A stretch of DNA of 64,000 bases from the human T2T-CHM13v2.0 reference genome, Homo sapiens: NCBI RefSeq assembly GCF_009914755.1, contig NC_060925.1, one strand, 5' to 3'. Made by a program: the position numbers and the translations under genes. The notes under the pieces are model-generated. The model worked only from the letters and a program-made list of their open reading frames with translations. It searched no databases and was not told the origin of the DNA. Shown here one piece after another: positions 30,478 to 44,079 of this stretch. Position 1 is the stretch's first letter. Every line of letters starts with the position of its first letter.

Positions 30478-31162
30478 TCATAACTATGATTGTGATGTAG
30501 AATTCCCTAAAGTATGCATACAAACTATATTATAAATAAGACATCTTTGTTGATTATAAAAGTTTCTAAAATTCAGTGCTGCCTAAAACAGATGGAAAGA
30601 TAGGCATTTTTGATGCATTTCTTTCATTGGTGATATTTTAGCATTGGTTGGATGAACAATTATGGATATTTCACTATGTACCATCCTAAGTTCCAATATA
30701 ATATGCTATGAAGGAAATTTTTAAAACTTGGTTTTGGGCCTACTTTATAACCAAAAAAATTCTTCAGAAAATTTTCAATTTGTCTTTGCGCCAACTGCTT
30801 TGCTTTAAAAACACTGACTTCTTAAATATTTCTGGTTATATGCTAGTTTATATATATGGAACACATGTTAATTTGAAAAGTAATTTACCAAATTCTGTTA
30901 TACAGTATTTCACATTGTAGCAGTGGGTGACAAAAATAAATAAATAATAATTCTTGTTGGGGAGGGTTAGACACGGTCCCAGATACTTCGTGTTTTGTTT
31001 ATTTCTAAAATTTCTGTTCAAAGTTTACTTACTCATTGAGATTCCTATTAATACATTTGTTTTGGAATAACTTAATGGTTTTTTTTAGATTATTTGACTT
31101 CAATTTATAATGTTAATAGTTTGTAGTTAATATTCAAAAAAAAATAAATTCCTTTATCATAG

Positions 31163-31267
31163 GATCAGCGGCAAACTGAAGCCATCCAGTTGCTACAGGC
31201 ACAGCTGACCAACATGACACAGCTTGTTTCAAATTTATCAGCAACAGTAGCAGAATTGAAACGGGAG
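31163..31267 (+). CDS. SUCO: SUCO coding exon ([35 protein letters not shown]; coiled coil)
   Basis: atag| acceptor, |gtaatt donor; 105 nt, phase 0-0. Confidence 0.94.
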
Positions 31268-31794
31268 GTAATTGTTATTGCTGGTATTGCGAGACCCAAT
31301 GCATGTATAGAGGTTGTCATAAAGCCAGGCTTGTTAACATGAACATGGTACCTAAAACTTTGACCAAACAAAATTGTCATTTGTAGTGAACTTTTTCAAA
31401 AACCAGAATATGGCATTTTTAAGTTTTGAAAATATATTATCATAGTCTTTTGTAAAATATGGCTTTCATAATTTAGGCCATACCTATAATATAGGTATAA
31501 AACTTCTAGCAGGCCTTTTGTAAGCATTGATAGTAGCAACACGTACTTCATTTTCAATTCAAAAAGGCCTATAAAGTTGCTTAACAAAGCAAACATTTCA
31601 TTGATTTAAAAACTTTTTATTGAGCATCTAGTGTATGTGAAGTGCGAGCTGTACACTCCTAGGTTGTGGTATACGGTAGTTAATAGTCCCTGGCCTCACA
31701 GGGTTTACGTCCTGGGGGAGGGATAGAATACATTTAGTAAATAAATAAATAGATGATAATTTCTCCTAGTGATACGTACTATGAAGAAAATTAA

Positions 31795-31795
<1 letters not shown>

Positions 31796-31832
<37 letters not shown>
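31796..31832. repeat. (TG)18 microsatellite
   Basis: directly visible, uninterrupted. Confidence 0.97.
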
Positions 31833-31834
<2 letters not shown>

Positions 31835-32308
31835 GGTGGTAGCAGTAAGGGATGCTGCTTTAGTTAGAGTGATCTTGGAAGGCTTATCTGAGGAGGTGGT
31901 ATTACAACTAAGTACTCAAGAGGAGTTAGCAGCCACACATTGCCTGGAATGATAACAAACCTGTTTCTAGCAGAACTAGGGCAAAGGACTGGAGAGTAGA
32001 AACAGTGTAATGTGTTTGACAGCAGAAAGAAAGCTGGTATGGCTGGAGCAGAGTGAGTGAGAAAAGTGAAGCTGAGAAATGGGTTCAAGATATTGGCAGA
32101 GGCCTGGTCATGTAGGACTTCGTAGACAATTTAGAGTTTGAATTTTATTTGAATCTTTGTATCATTAGAAGTATTAAGAAGTGATATGGGTCATGTCATT
32201 AATGCTTAGCACTTTGAGAAGCTCTCCATTTGTTGCTTTGTGGAGAACTGCCTGTTGGGGAACAGCAGGAGCAGAAGCAGACAGGAAACCAATTAAGAGG
32301 TAATTGCA

Positions 32309-32615
32309 GGCCAGGCATGATGGCTTTTGCCTGTAATCCCAGCGCTTTGGGTGGCCCAGGTGGTCAGATCACTCGAGGTCAGGAGGTGGAGACCAGCCTC
32401 GCCAACATGATGAAACGCCGTCTCTTCTAAGAATACAAGAAAATTAGCCGGTGTGGTGGCATGTGCCTGTAATCCCAGCAACTTGGGAGCTTGGGAGGCC
32501 AAGGCAGGAGAATTAGTTGAACCCAGGAGGTGGAGGTTGCAATAAGCCAAGGTCACACCACTGCATTCCAGCCTGGGCAACAGAGCAAGGCTCTGTCTCA
32601 AAAAAAAAAAAAAAA
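32309..32615 (+). mobile_element. AluS, full length
   Basis: dimeric Alu with A-tail; GTAATTGCA on both flanks (32300-32308, 32616-32624). Confidence 0.95.
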
Positions 32616-33164
32616 GTAATTGCAGTAGCCTGAATGAGGTGGTATTGACTTAGAGTAGGATTCTAAAAGTGGAGAACAGTGTAAACTTGTTGAATTCAGA
32701 ATATTTGTAAGTTGTAGAAAGATAAGCCTTAAGGAACTAAGGTTGATCTCTAAGTTTTGGGCTTACGTAACTGGGTGGTTGATAGTTCATTTTATAAGAT
32801 GGGAAAGACTGGGTAAAAGCACAATTATTTTTTCTCCTTGAGGAGGAGATAGTGTAAATGGAAAGACAAACAAAATGTGACAAAATGTTAACAATTGGTG
32901 AGATAGATAAAGGTGTAAATATATTTCTTGTTTTATTTCTAAAACTTCCATAGGTTTCACTCCTATAGAAAGAATTGGAATGCTGCAAAGAATTTTTTTT
33001 CTTTAATGTCATAGTTTATTTTCAAAGAGCATGCCCTGCATTTCTGGTCTTTGAAGCACATTAAAAAAATACTTAAAATGATTTGTCCTTTGAATTTTAG
33101 ATACCCTTATATTTTTCCTAATATGATTTCCTATGATTATTATTTAACCCTCTTCTCATCTCAG

Positions 33165-33319
33165 GTTTCAGATCGACAAAGCTATCTTGTCATATCTTTG
33201 GTTCTTTGTGTTGTCTTGGGACTGATGCTTTGTATGCAGCGTTGTCGAAATACTTCTCAATTTGATGGAGATTATATTTCAAAACTTCCTAAAAGTAATC
33301 AGTATCCAAGCCCTAAAAG
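33165..33319 (+). CDS. SUCO: SUCO transmembrane exon ([18 protein letters not shown])
   Basis: tcag| acceptor, |gtaata donor; 155 nt; hydrophobic stretch within ORF 33051..33323. Confidence 0.95.
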
Positions 33320-33796
33320 GTAATATCAGCATTATATTTCACAATTTTATTTTTTTTACTATGCTTTGTATATTTTTGAGAAATTTTAAGCAAATAAAGG
33401 GAGACTGAGGTAATTTCTTTCCCTATATGATTATCTTGAAACCAAAACATTAAAAACATCATTCGATAGTAAGATGGTCCTATGCCTAACCTGGCTCTGT
33501 AGACTATAATAGAGAAAACACTAATAGTAAGTGCATGAAACCCCTGAAATATTTGGTTGAGAAAGATGCTTAAATGTGGAATTCAAAGGAAGAAGAGAAT
33601 ACTATTTTAATACAGTACCTTTTAGACAAAGATCTCTAAATTTTTTTTTCCACCTGTATTAGCAATAACTGGAGTGTTAGAGTTAGTCCCGTGTGGTATG
33701 TACAGTTCTCAATAACCTCTGTGTAGCCTCAACAAAAGAGTAAATTATATGTGCTTTACTCGTTGTAACCAATATGTATTTTTCCTAATGTGTTAG

Positions 33797-33888
33797 GTGT
33801 TTCTCTTCCTATGATGATATGAATTTGAAAAGAAGAACTTCATTCCCACTCATGAGATCCAAGTCTCTACAGTTAACTGGCAAAGAAG
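33797..33888 (+). CDS. SUCO: SUCO coding exon ([30 protein letters not shown])
   Basis: ttag| acceptor, |gtagat donor; 92 nt, phase 2 to 1. Confidence 0.93.
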
Positions 33889-34734
33889 GTAGATTTCTGT
33901 GGATATATAATATGTATATATAAACATGAAACTAGCTTCTGGCATAAATATAATGTCAGTGTTGTGTTCATGACCATCTGCAACAAAAAATGGATACAAG
34001 TAGCCTTTGTCTTTGTGCTGTGTCAAGCCACTTTATCATTTTCACATTTTATATCTGTCTTTGTTCCTAAAAGCCCAGAGGGTAGGGAGGGGGGCTTAGT
34101 TTAATTAGCAGTTGGTAGCTTTGTTTGCACATGCTCCTGTTTAGAAGTATTTCTTTTTAGAAAGGGATGTTTGAGAAAGTTCAACAGATATGGAAAACCT
34201 GAATGTGCTCCCATAGCATCCTGTGCTTTTCTGCCTCCTCTTCTTATACAGGTAGGACCCCTTTTGTCTCTAGTTTAGGACTATGAGGCACTTTCTGAAC
34301 AAAAATCTGGTCTCTTTTTTTTAGCTCCAGAACCTATAATTAGGTTCCATTGTCTAACACTAAATAAATACTTACATTTAAATGAATGGATGTGTACTGA
34401 GTGGATATTTTCCTATTTCAGTATCTTGTAATTAATGCATATTAATAGAATTAGAAATTTGTTTTCATACTAATATTAAAATAACTAAATTAATTACATA
34501 TTTTATTTAGGAGTGCTTTCTTAATAATCGATGGTTGTAGGATTTAGTAACTGAGTAGCATGTTTCAATTGATTAAATTATTCAAGTAATCATTCCTGGG
34601 CTTCACTGTTTTATTATTATCACAAAGCTTTACAGACTTAACCCATTACATGTGTTTACTTAAAGCTAGTAAATCTCTTCTTCCTCCTTGCTTTTTTCTT
34701 TTTCTTTTGGTTGATATGTCTTTTTATAAGTGAA

Positions 34735-37700
34735 ATTTTTAATTTAAGTATAATTATGTGTAAAACGTAATGAATTTTCACAAACAATACAGCTGTGCAA
34801 ATAACACCTAAATTAAGAAGTAGAACATGAGCACCTCAAAAACTTCCTTGTGCTCTTTTAGTCACTGCCCATCCTTTCCCAGAGTAGCCAGTATTTTGAT
34901 GTGTAACCATTGTGAGATTCACCATGCCATTGACTATAGGCATTTGTTTATTTTCGTTCCTTATAGTATTCCATTATATAGGTATACTGTACATTATTCA
35001 TTTACATTTAGATTATTTTCATTTTGAGGTTGTTACATACTTTTGGTAAACACCTGTGCATTTCTGTTGGGTATACACTGGAAATGGGATTGGTGAATCA
35101 TAGGGTATGTGTGTGTTCAGCTTTAGTAAATACTGTCATACAATTTTCCACACTGTTTTATGAATTTGCCCTTCTATCAGCTGCGTATGAGAGTTACAGT
35201 TACTTCATATTCTAAACATTCCTTATTTGAGGTATACCCATGCAATTAGGAAATACGTTAGATTTTTGCTTCTCAGCATTTCTAGTCTTAAGTGAAATCG
35301 TGACTATCTTACTATTTCTCTTCTCTTTATCCAATTTTTTAGGGCCAAACAGAGTAGCTTTTTGCACCTGATAATAGAATTACTTCTATTTTAAACAACA
35401 GTGTCATCTTGGTGTATCTTTACCAGTAAAGAAAGTTGAGTAGAGTAGGTAGGAGACTGACTTTAGTCCTGATTCTACCAATAGTTAATTCATTTATTTC
35501 TTCTGTTGTTTGATAAGTTCTTGTTGTTATGGCATTTATCATAGTATGCTTTGATTTTACCTATTTTTACTTGCCTTATTTTCACTTCTAAGCTCTGTGG
35601 GAGAGACCATGTCTTTTTCTTATTGTGATAAAAAGCACATAAAATTTATCATTTTAACAGTTTTTAAGTGCACAGTTCATTAGTAGTAAGTATAGTTACA
35701 TTGTTGTGAAACAGATCTTCCGAATGTTTTCGTCTTGCAAACCTGAACTCTGTGTCCATTAACCAATTCCCCTTTTCTCCCTCTCTCAGTCCCTGGCAAC
35801 CACTATTCTATTTTCTGTTTCTATGAATTCAACTACTTCAGATACCCCATATAAGTGGATTCATACAGTATTTGTCTTTCTGTGATTGGCTTATTTCACT
35901 CAACATAATGTCCTCAAGGTTCATCTACATTATAGCATGTGACAGAATTTTTTCCTATTAAAGGGTGAAATAATATTCCATCCATTTTATTTATGTACCT
36001 CATTTCCTTTATCCATTCATCTGTAAGTGGACATTTGGATTGCTTCCCCTCTTGGCTGTTGTTTGAGTAGTGCTGTTCAGGGGTATACAGATATCTCTTT
36101 GCTCATTTTTTAGTTGGATTGTTTGAGTTTTTTGTTTTTAAGTTCAGGGAATTCTTTATAACCTCCGTTATGGATTATAACCCCCATTAGATAATATGAT
36201 TTGCAAATATTTTCTTTCATCCTTTAGGTTGCTTTTTCACTGTTTTGATTGTGTCCTTGGATGTACAGTTTTTAAGTTCAACGAAGTCCCATTTGTCTAT
36301 TGTGTTTTTGTTGCCTGTACTTTTGGGTCATATCCAAGAAATCATTATCAAGTTCAAGGTCATGAAGCTTTTCCCCTGTTTTCTTCCAAGACTTTTATAG
36401 ATTTATGTCTTTAATCTATTTTGTGTTGATTTTTGTATATAGTATAAGATAAGGGTCCAGTTTCATTCTTTGGAATGTGAATATTCAGTTTTTCCAGCAC
36501 CATTTGTTGAAGAGACTGTCCTTTTCCCATTGAGTGGTCTTTGCACCCTTCTTAAAAATGAGTTGACCACGTACATGAGGGCTTATCTCTGTGTTCTTTA
36601 TTTTGTGCCATTGGTGTATTTGTCTGTGTTTATGCCAGTACTCTACCACTTTGATTACTATACCTTTGTAATGTGTTTTGAAATCTGGAAGTGTGAGTTA
36701 TCTAACTTCATTCTTTTTAAAATTATTTTCCTTATTTGAGGTCACTTGAGATTTTATGTGAATTTTAGGGTGAACTTTCTATATAAGCAGTGTCGTTTTA
36801 CTAGTTCACTTGCAGATTATTTTGGATTTTCAGTGAATACAGGTACGTATACTGAGAACAAAGACAGTTTTGTTTTTTCCTTTGCAGTCCTTATAGCTTT
36901 TATTTCCTTTGCTTTCTTAACTGTGTTAGCTTGCATTTTCAGCAATGTTAAATAAAAGTGATTGACAGGCATCTTTGTCTTGTTCCAAAGGGAAAGCTTA
37001 CAGTGTTTTATTGCTAAGATTGTATTTGTCATAGATGTTTTGTGGATTTTTTATTCTGTATTTTGTCATTATGTGTTACCTATTGTCATAGGTATTCTAT
37101 AAATTTTTTTATATTATATTTTATTTCCATTTTTAATGTTACAAACATGAATTATATTAGATTTTCTAATGTTAAACTTATATTGCATTTTTAATACCAG
37201 TTGCTCATGATATACGTGTGTGAATTTTGTATTGTATATATTATTTCTACATAATTTTGTTAGATAATTATTTAGAAATTTTGCATCTATATGAATAAGA
37301 TTGGCATGTAATATTTTCTCATGTTGGATTTTGGTATGTAAGGTTTATAAAAATTAGATGGGCAGGGGTATCCCTTTTAATTTTTTTTTTTTTTCCCCTT
37401 CCATGCTTTCATTAAGATTTTTTATTGGGGAGGAAGTAAATATTCCCTTTTACTGCCATTATGTTGGAAGTTGTGTACTGGTTCTGTTCTTTTACTAGTT
37501 ACCCTAGAAGTCAGAAGTATTAATGTTTGCCAAAGTCTCAAGTTCATCAATACTTGTATCTTCTCCTTAACAATACATAGATCTTAAAACTCTTATTTGT
37601 CCCAAGCCTTATTTATGTTACTGTTCTTGTATATTTTAATTCTATTCTTTCTGCTTAATTTTAACTCAACAAGGTATTTCTTTTTACACTTAATGTTCAT

Positions 37701-38830
37701 TTAAATTTACCCCACGTTTACTAATGTTTTTATTCTTCAGAGCTTTCATTTGTCATTAGTTAAAACTGAAATATTCTCCTCTTCTTTTTCTTTATCATTT
37801 TGAGATTCGTGAGGCTCTTTGGAGCTCTGGATTTGTAGGTTTCTTTTACTTGTTATTGAGAAATTCTCAACCATTATTTTTTCCTCCCAGATATTCCCTG
37901 TGCCCCAGTCTCTTTTAGATTCTCATATTTAATTAAACATATTACTTCTCCGTATATCTTCCCTGTCTTGTAAACATTCCACCTTTTTGACTTTTTATGC
38001 TGTATTTTGGATGATATCTTCTGATGTGTTTCCAGGCCAGCAGTCTTACTGTTGCAAATTTATTCATTGGGTTTTCAATTTCAGTTATTTTTTCCATTTC
38101 CAGGAGTTCTTTTTGTATTTTTTAAAAATCCAGGTCTGTATTTTCCTTGTTATATGTTTCCTGCAGATATTTTCAAGCTTATTTTCTAGACATATTAAGC
38201 ATAATTATCTTTATAGTTTGTGTTTGATAAATCTAATATCTTAAATTTTTGTGAGTCTGTTCATTGTCTTTGTAAGCTCTTACTCAGGGTATGTTGTGTC
38301 TTTGTGTGCTACTTTTTCTCTTTGAAAAGTTATTTGTAGGGATAATTTGAGGCCTAGAATATAGGTTCTTATTTGAGAGGGAATTTGTGTGTGTGTTACA
38401 TTCATGTAATACCTTACATTCATGACTTGTGGTTTGTTGGGCCACCAGGTGATGATAATTTGGACTGCAAGTTCATGCATGGCTTCATTCTTTACCTGAG
38501 AATATAGTCCTTTGGAGTCTCAGTTTACTGTACACAGGGAGATGGTATCTTATTACACTAAACTTTGGGTGGGCCCTAGGACCTGATTTCTGATCCATTC
38601 CCTTATGATACCATCAGAACCAAAGTTCATATATTCTTGTGTTGGCAAATGTTTTCAGGGCAAAAATGACTTTTGTCTTCTACTTGACTGTCCGGGTTCC
38701 CACTTTTCTTTCAGTTTTAGCCTAGGGATTACTTTCTTGGCAGCTTTTCAATGCTTTTAGTGATTTTTTTTAAAAAAAACAAACTATCATTACTTAGTTG
38801 CTTTCATTGTAGAGGTTGATCTGAATAACA
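34735..38830 (-). mobile_element. cluster of old L1M fragments (L1MB/ME-like)
   Basis: antisense L1 3'-end and ORF2-like motifs, e.g. ccctggcaaccactattcta, cagcaccatttgttgaagagactgtcc; T-rich; internal boundaries not resolved. Confidence 0.7.
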
Positions 38831-39847
38831 TAACTGTTTCTAGAAATAGACATCATTATTAAAGAAAGTAAATTAAGATTAGTAATCTGGTAGAAATGAC
38901 TGTTTAGAGGGATGTTTTGATATTTTCATATATTTGATGACTTTCTCAATAAATCTCTGAAATATAATGTAAAAAATTATAATTGGTTGAATTGTATTAA
39001 TAAATTTCCCAAATGTGTAGAGCTTCTGTAGTGAATTTACTATGTGTAAGCTTTTGTCTCTGTCAGACCTTAAATTGTTTATTTTTAGTGGATTGAATAG
39101 GACTAAAGTCTCATAGCCTTTTAAAAATGTGTGTCTATTTTGTCAGTGTGGGGGTGGGGTTGGGATATATCTTGAAGCTGCTTAGAGTAATGAAACCTTA
39201 GAAACTTTGGGCTAAAACTAATAAATCTAATTTACTCACTATGCCAGAAGTGTTCATTCATTATTGCTTAGTGATATATATTGCATGTTCAAGCTGTTTT
39301 TAGATTGGGATTTCATAGTTTTGATCATAGTAATAAACAGAGAAAAATATCTTGGATCTCTTTTTGTGTTTATTTCTCTAACTGGCTTCCAAACACGGTC
39401 ACGACTACTTGTTGCACATTGTTAATCTACCTTTGTGACACAGTTTAGAGGCTAGTCTTTTAGGGAAGTATTCAAATGATCTGTAGGTTTGGTGTGAGCT
39501 TACCCAGGAATGTTTCTTTTCTTATCAGGTAAAAGAGTGAGGCTGGGCCCAAAGAAAGATCGTTATTGTATTGGTTGATAACCAGCTACTAGTTAACAAC
39601 TTAAGGAAGTATAGTTATTTGAAGACGACCAGTCAAGCATAGGAATCATATCATCTTCCACCTTGCCTCTTTTTGCTTACTAATTTAAAATGCATAAATA
39701 TATAGTTAACCTGATACAAATTCATTGGTTCTATTACTAGAGGATAATAAGGAATGAATGATTTGTCTTATTTTAGTGTTTAATTATAGCAAATCCACCA
39801 AATCCACTTTACATTTTACATCTGCTTTTTTTTTTTTTTACTTACAG

Positions 39848-39903
39848 TAGACCCAAATGATTTGTACATTGTAGAACCCCTCAAGTTTTCTCCAGAAAAG
39901 AAG
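39848..39903 (+). CDS. SUCO: SUCO coding exon (VDPNDLYIVEPLKFSPEKK)
   Basis: poly-T tract plus cag| acceptor (tandem CAGTAG), |gtaatt donor; 56 nt. Confidence 0.93.
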
Positions 39904-40051
39904 GTAATTGTTTATTTCTTTTTAAGTTTATTGCTATGTTTTGTGATAATAAATGAAGAAAAGAGGTTGAAAGGTTTAAGGTAATTACCTTTAAGTAGTC
40001 CTTAACTGAATGTTTATTTTCTATCATGATAATGTTGTAAATAAATATTAA

Positions 40052-40222
40052 CAGGGGTCAGCAAGCTGTGACCCACAGGCCATATGGGCCATGAGCCAGA
40101 TAGGTTTTCTCATTTTTAAAGAGTGATAAAACAGAACAGCATGCAAGAGAGAAAATGTGTGACCTGCAAAGCCTAAAATATTTACTGTCTGACCCTTCAC
40201 AAAAAAAATTTGTTGATCCTTG
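40052..40222. mobile_element. MER58-like hAT-Charlie MITE
   Basis: termini caggggtcagcaa...ttgttgatccttg and internal gcaaagcctaaaatatttact. Confidence 0.8.
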
Positions 40223-40439
40223 GATGATTGTCATTATTTATTACCGAATGCATGCCAAGCACAGAGCATGCACCGTTCCTCTAATCCTCACCACAACCTG
40301 AAGATGATGTTATCCTCATTTTTTTTTTTAATAAAAAAACAGCAACTCAGAATGTACTTAGGATTTTTTGGCTTCAAAGTCTTTGCTTTTTCATTTTGCC
40401 TTTCAAATTAAGTTATACTAATTTTAGTTGTAATTTCAT

Positions 40440-40670
40440 CTAGGTGAAAGAACTTGGGCTTTGTAGGCAAATAGCCTAAGATTCATTCTCAACCCGGCTG
40501 CTTACTACATTGTAACTTGGGCAAAGAACCAAACATCTGAACCTTGCTTTTCTCATTTAAGAATCAAGGATAAAATACCGACCTTTCAGGGTTAATAGCT
40601 GCCATAATACATGAAAGCAACCTGTATGCTCTCTGGCAGTTAGTAGGTATTCAGATATTAGTATCACTCC
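40440..40670 (+). mobile_element. MIR fragment
   Basis: gctgcttactacattgtaacttgggcaa...tttctcatttaagaat resembles the MIR core. Confidence 0.6.
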
Positions 40671-40916
40671 CTAAACCTATATTCATAGGTAGCAGGTAAG
40701 CAATTTAAAGAGTTTTGATTCAGTAGTATTTACAAAATGGGAAGATGATGCTAGTATCTATATAGAACATAACAATGTATGTGTTCTGTGCTGTTTATAA
40801 TACTGTTTTACTTTTCACCAGGAGGTGGCACTTCTCTATTAGCTCAGCTCTCTAGGTGTTTGATAAGGTTACTATGGGAAGTATCATTACTAACTTTTCT
40901 TTTACTTGTGTTGTAG

Positions 40917-41360
40917 AAGAAGCGCTGCAAGTACAAAATTGAAAAAATTGAGACCATAAAGCCTGAAGAACCATTGCACCCCATAGCCAATGGCGACATA
41001 AAAGGAAGAAAGCCCTTTACGAACCAGAGAGATTTTTCTAATATGGGAGAAGTTTATCACTCTTCTTATAAAGGTCCTCCATCTGAAGGAAGCTCAGAAA
41101 CTTCATCACAGTCAGAAGAGTCCTATTTTTGTGGCATTTCAGCTTGCACAAGTCTGTGCAATGGACAGTCTCAAAAGACAAAAACTGAGAAGAGGGCTTT
41201 AAAACGAAGACGATCTAAAGTCCAAGACCAAGGAAAATTGATAAAAACTCTAATACAGACTAAGTCGGGATCATTGCCGAGCCTGCATGACATAATCAAA
41301 GGAAACAAAGAGATCACCGTGGGAACATTTGGTGTTACAGCAGTCTCGGGACATATCTAA
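40917..41360 (+). CDS. SUCO: SUCO terminal coding exon ([10 protein letters not shown]...TAVSGHI*)
   Basis: gtag| acceptor; 444 nt to TAA; contains ORF 40974..41360. Confidence 0.96.
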   Translation, partial: KKRCKYKIEKIETIKPEEPLHPIANGDIKGRKPFTNQRDFSNMGEVYHSSYKGPPSEGSSETSSQSEESYFCGISACTSLCNGQSQKTKTEKRALKRRRSKVQDQGKLIKTLIQTKSGSLPSLHDIIKGNKEITVGTFGVTAVSGHI

Positions 41361-42173
41361 AATTAATTGAACTTTTCATACAGAAGACTTTTTTGTTGTT
41401 GTTCTTTGAAGAACAGTCTGTAGTATTTGAAGGGTTTGGGGGAGGGAGAAAATATTAATGGGAAAGGCATTCAGAAATTATGGTTTCTACCTTTTTAAAA
41501 AGTAGATGGGATTGTGTCAATCTTGGTTAATGAGCTACAGTTTTACAAAGCTGATCACTTCCTATAAGGACAATGGTAGACATTTTATAAAGATGTTTTT
41601 TCACAAGATTAATTACTGGGACAAAAGTAATTTGGAAGCCCAGTTCCTTAGGTGGGATAGGAATGAAAGCCTAAACCTCTTCCTTTAGCTTTGTTCCTAT
41701 TTCTTGCACCTTCCCATATTTATGTGCCTTTTGTCTATTTATAATGCCACTGGAAGAGGAGGGATAACTTTTTCTGTTATTTGATTTCTTTTATAACTTT
41801 GTTAGGTTTTTGAAGCTGCAAACACTACAATGCTTTGAGGGGGTCTGTGCCTGAAGCTCAGGAGTGTGGATCAGACAGTCTAAAGATCCTAAAAACTTGC
41901 CAACTGGATCTTTGTTTAGCAAACTCACTGGAAATGAACACTTAATGGAATTTTTAAGTCTGTTCTGTTAGGTAGATGGTGATGCTCTTGTTATTTTCAC
42001 TTATTCAGACTGGATTACTTCTTACTTAGTTACTAACTCAATGAGGAAAAATCCCTACAGGATCTTTTTTTGCAAACAACTGATATATGCAGACAAATTT
42101 TTGACAAATTCACCTTTTAAACACACTTAACCATTTGTGAAGGTTTTCTTTAGCTTACATTTTAAACATACAC

Positions 42174-42179
42174 AATAAA
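42174..42179 (+). terminator. candidate proximal polyadenylation signal AATAAA
   Basis: AATAAA followed by T-rich sequence. Confidence 0.45.
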
Positions 42180-42464
42180 CACTAATCCTCCAAACTTTCA
42201 CTGTTTTTATTAGTATGAATATAAAATTTGAAGGTTTGGCCAATTAGTACAAGTCTCATGATATAATCACTGCCTGCATACATATGCACAGATCCAGTTA
42301 GTGAGTTTGTCAAGCTTAATCTAATTGGTTAAGTCTAAAGAGATTATTATTCCTTGATGTTTGCTTTGTATTGGCTACAAATGTGCAGAGGTAATACATA
42401 TGTGATGTCGATGTCTCTGTCTTTTTTTTTGTCTTTAAAAAATAATTGGCAGCAACTGTATTTG

Positions 42465-42470
42465 AATAAA
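42465..42470 (+). terminator. candidate intermediate polyadenylation signal AATAAA
   Basis: TGTA just upstream, AATAAA, T-rich downstream. Confidence 0.5.
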
Positions 42471-42906
42471 ATGATTTCTTAGTATGATTGTACAGTAATG
42501 AATGAAAGTGGAACATGTTTCTTTTTGAAAGGGAGAGAATTGACCATTTATTGTTGTGATGTTTAAGTTATAACTTATTGAGCACTTTTAGTAGTGATAA
42601 CTGTTTTTAAACTTGCCTAATACCTTTCTTGGGTATTGTTTGTAATGTGACTTATTTAACGCCTTTTTTGTTTGTTTAAGTTGCTGCTTTAGGTTAACAG
42701 CGTGTTTTAGAAGATTTAAATTTCTTTCCTGTCTGCACAATTAGCTATTCAGAGCAAGAGGGCCTGATTTTATAGAAGCCCCTTGAAAAGAGGTCCAGAT
42801 GAGAGCAGAGATACAGTGAGAAATTATGTGATCTGTGTGTTGTGGGAAGAGAATTTTCAATATGTAACTACGGAGCTGTAGTGCCATTAGAAACTGTGAA
42901 TTTCCA

Positions 42907-42912
42907 AATAAA
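42907..42912 (+). terminator. distal polyadenylation signal AATAAA
   Basis: AATAAA with upstream TGTA elements and downstream T/GT-rich tract; repeats resume beyond it. Confidence 0.75.
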
Positions 42913-43430
42913 TCTGAACACTTGTCTTTATTAATTACTGGCTCTTCTGTCTTTTAAAAGAGAACTCAGAAATTATTAATCTTTGAACAGAGATTTAAGT
43001 TTTTGCCACTTTTAAAGTTAAATATAGCAGCATTCCATTCAATATTGATCACATTTCAGCCAACTACAAAATGATGGTACTTTTACATAAACATTTTGCT
43101 CCCTATGCTATCAGAATTTCAGTTTTTCATATCTAAATACAGCATAACATTTTGTAACATGAGGTTTATTTTTTCCTCTCTCACATAACTACATGAGAAA
43201 AAAAACTTAAGTGAAAATAATAGATTTATGCCTATTAAGAAGCAAAAACTATATAGATATTTATCCAATGGGATTTTTAGTGTTCCCTGATGATCAACCT
43301 CATTTTATTTCTTCTAATGTTAAGTAAAGCATTAAAACAGTATGAAATAAAAGGAAACTAGGGAATTGGTAAGAACAAGGATGCAAAGTAAAACAATTCT
43401 TTTAATTGAATTTTTAAAAACATTAAAGTT

Positions 43431-43708
43431 GTGGCTCACGCCTATAATCCTAACACTTTGGGAGGCCGAGGCAGGGGATCATTTGAGGAGTTCGAGACCA
43501 GCCTGACCAACATGGTGAAAACCCGTCTCTAATAAAAATTAAAAAAAAGTAGCCGGGCATGGTAGCACATGCCTGTAGTCCCAGCTACTCAGGAGGCTGA
43601 GGCAGGAGAATTGCTTGAACCTGGGAGGCAGACAGGTTGCAGTGAGCTGAGATTGCACCACTGCACTCCAGCCTGGGTGGCAGAGTGAGACTGTCTCAAA
43701 AAAAAAAA
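43431..43708 (+). mobile_element. AluS, slightly 5'-truncated
   Basis: dimeric Alu with A-tail. Confidence 0.93.
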
Positions 43709-43798
43709 GTTATGCATACATATAATTTGATAAATTAGTTTTATAAGGCTTATAAAGTAAGAACAGAAAACAGTTCTCTATTCTGTACCATTTCACTC

Positions 43799-43831
43799 AC
43801 ACACAACGCACACACACACACACACACACAC
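43799..43831. repeat. interrupted (CA)n microsatellite
   Basis: directly visible. Confidence 0.9.
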
Positions 43832-44079
43832 TACCAGTACCACCCATCTTTCTCTACCAAAGATTTCTTGCTTCCCAGTGGCAAACATTTTTTATTCCGT
43901 CTGCAGTTATTGTGCTTCCCTTACCTTGCTGCTTATTTTTCCATTTTTAGATGTGTCCTCAGTTTGAATATACAAACTTGTACGCATGAACATGAGATAG
44001 ATATAAACTTATATTGGTTAATGTAATTGGATAAGTCTATTCAAAATCACACAACAGGACAACTTAGAAGTACTGCTTT

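Larger units (their letters stand above)
31615..32830 (-). mobile_element. L2 fragments interrupted by (TG)n and an Alu
   Basis: ttattgagcatcta..., ggaaggcttatctgaggaggtg, ggctggagcagagtgag are L2-like; boundaries approximate. Confidence 0.65.
41361..42930 (+). other. SUCO: SUCO 3' UTR (end approximate)
   Basis: repeat-free U-rich sequence after the stop codon, ending shortly after AATAAA at 42907. Confidence 0.8.

Noticed and set aside
36196-37032. Hydrophobic ORFs resembling membrane proteins
   Set aside because: T-rich antisense strand of old L1M fragments
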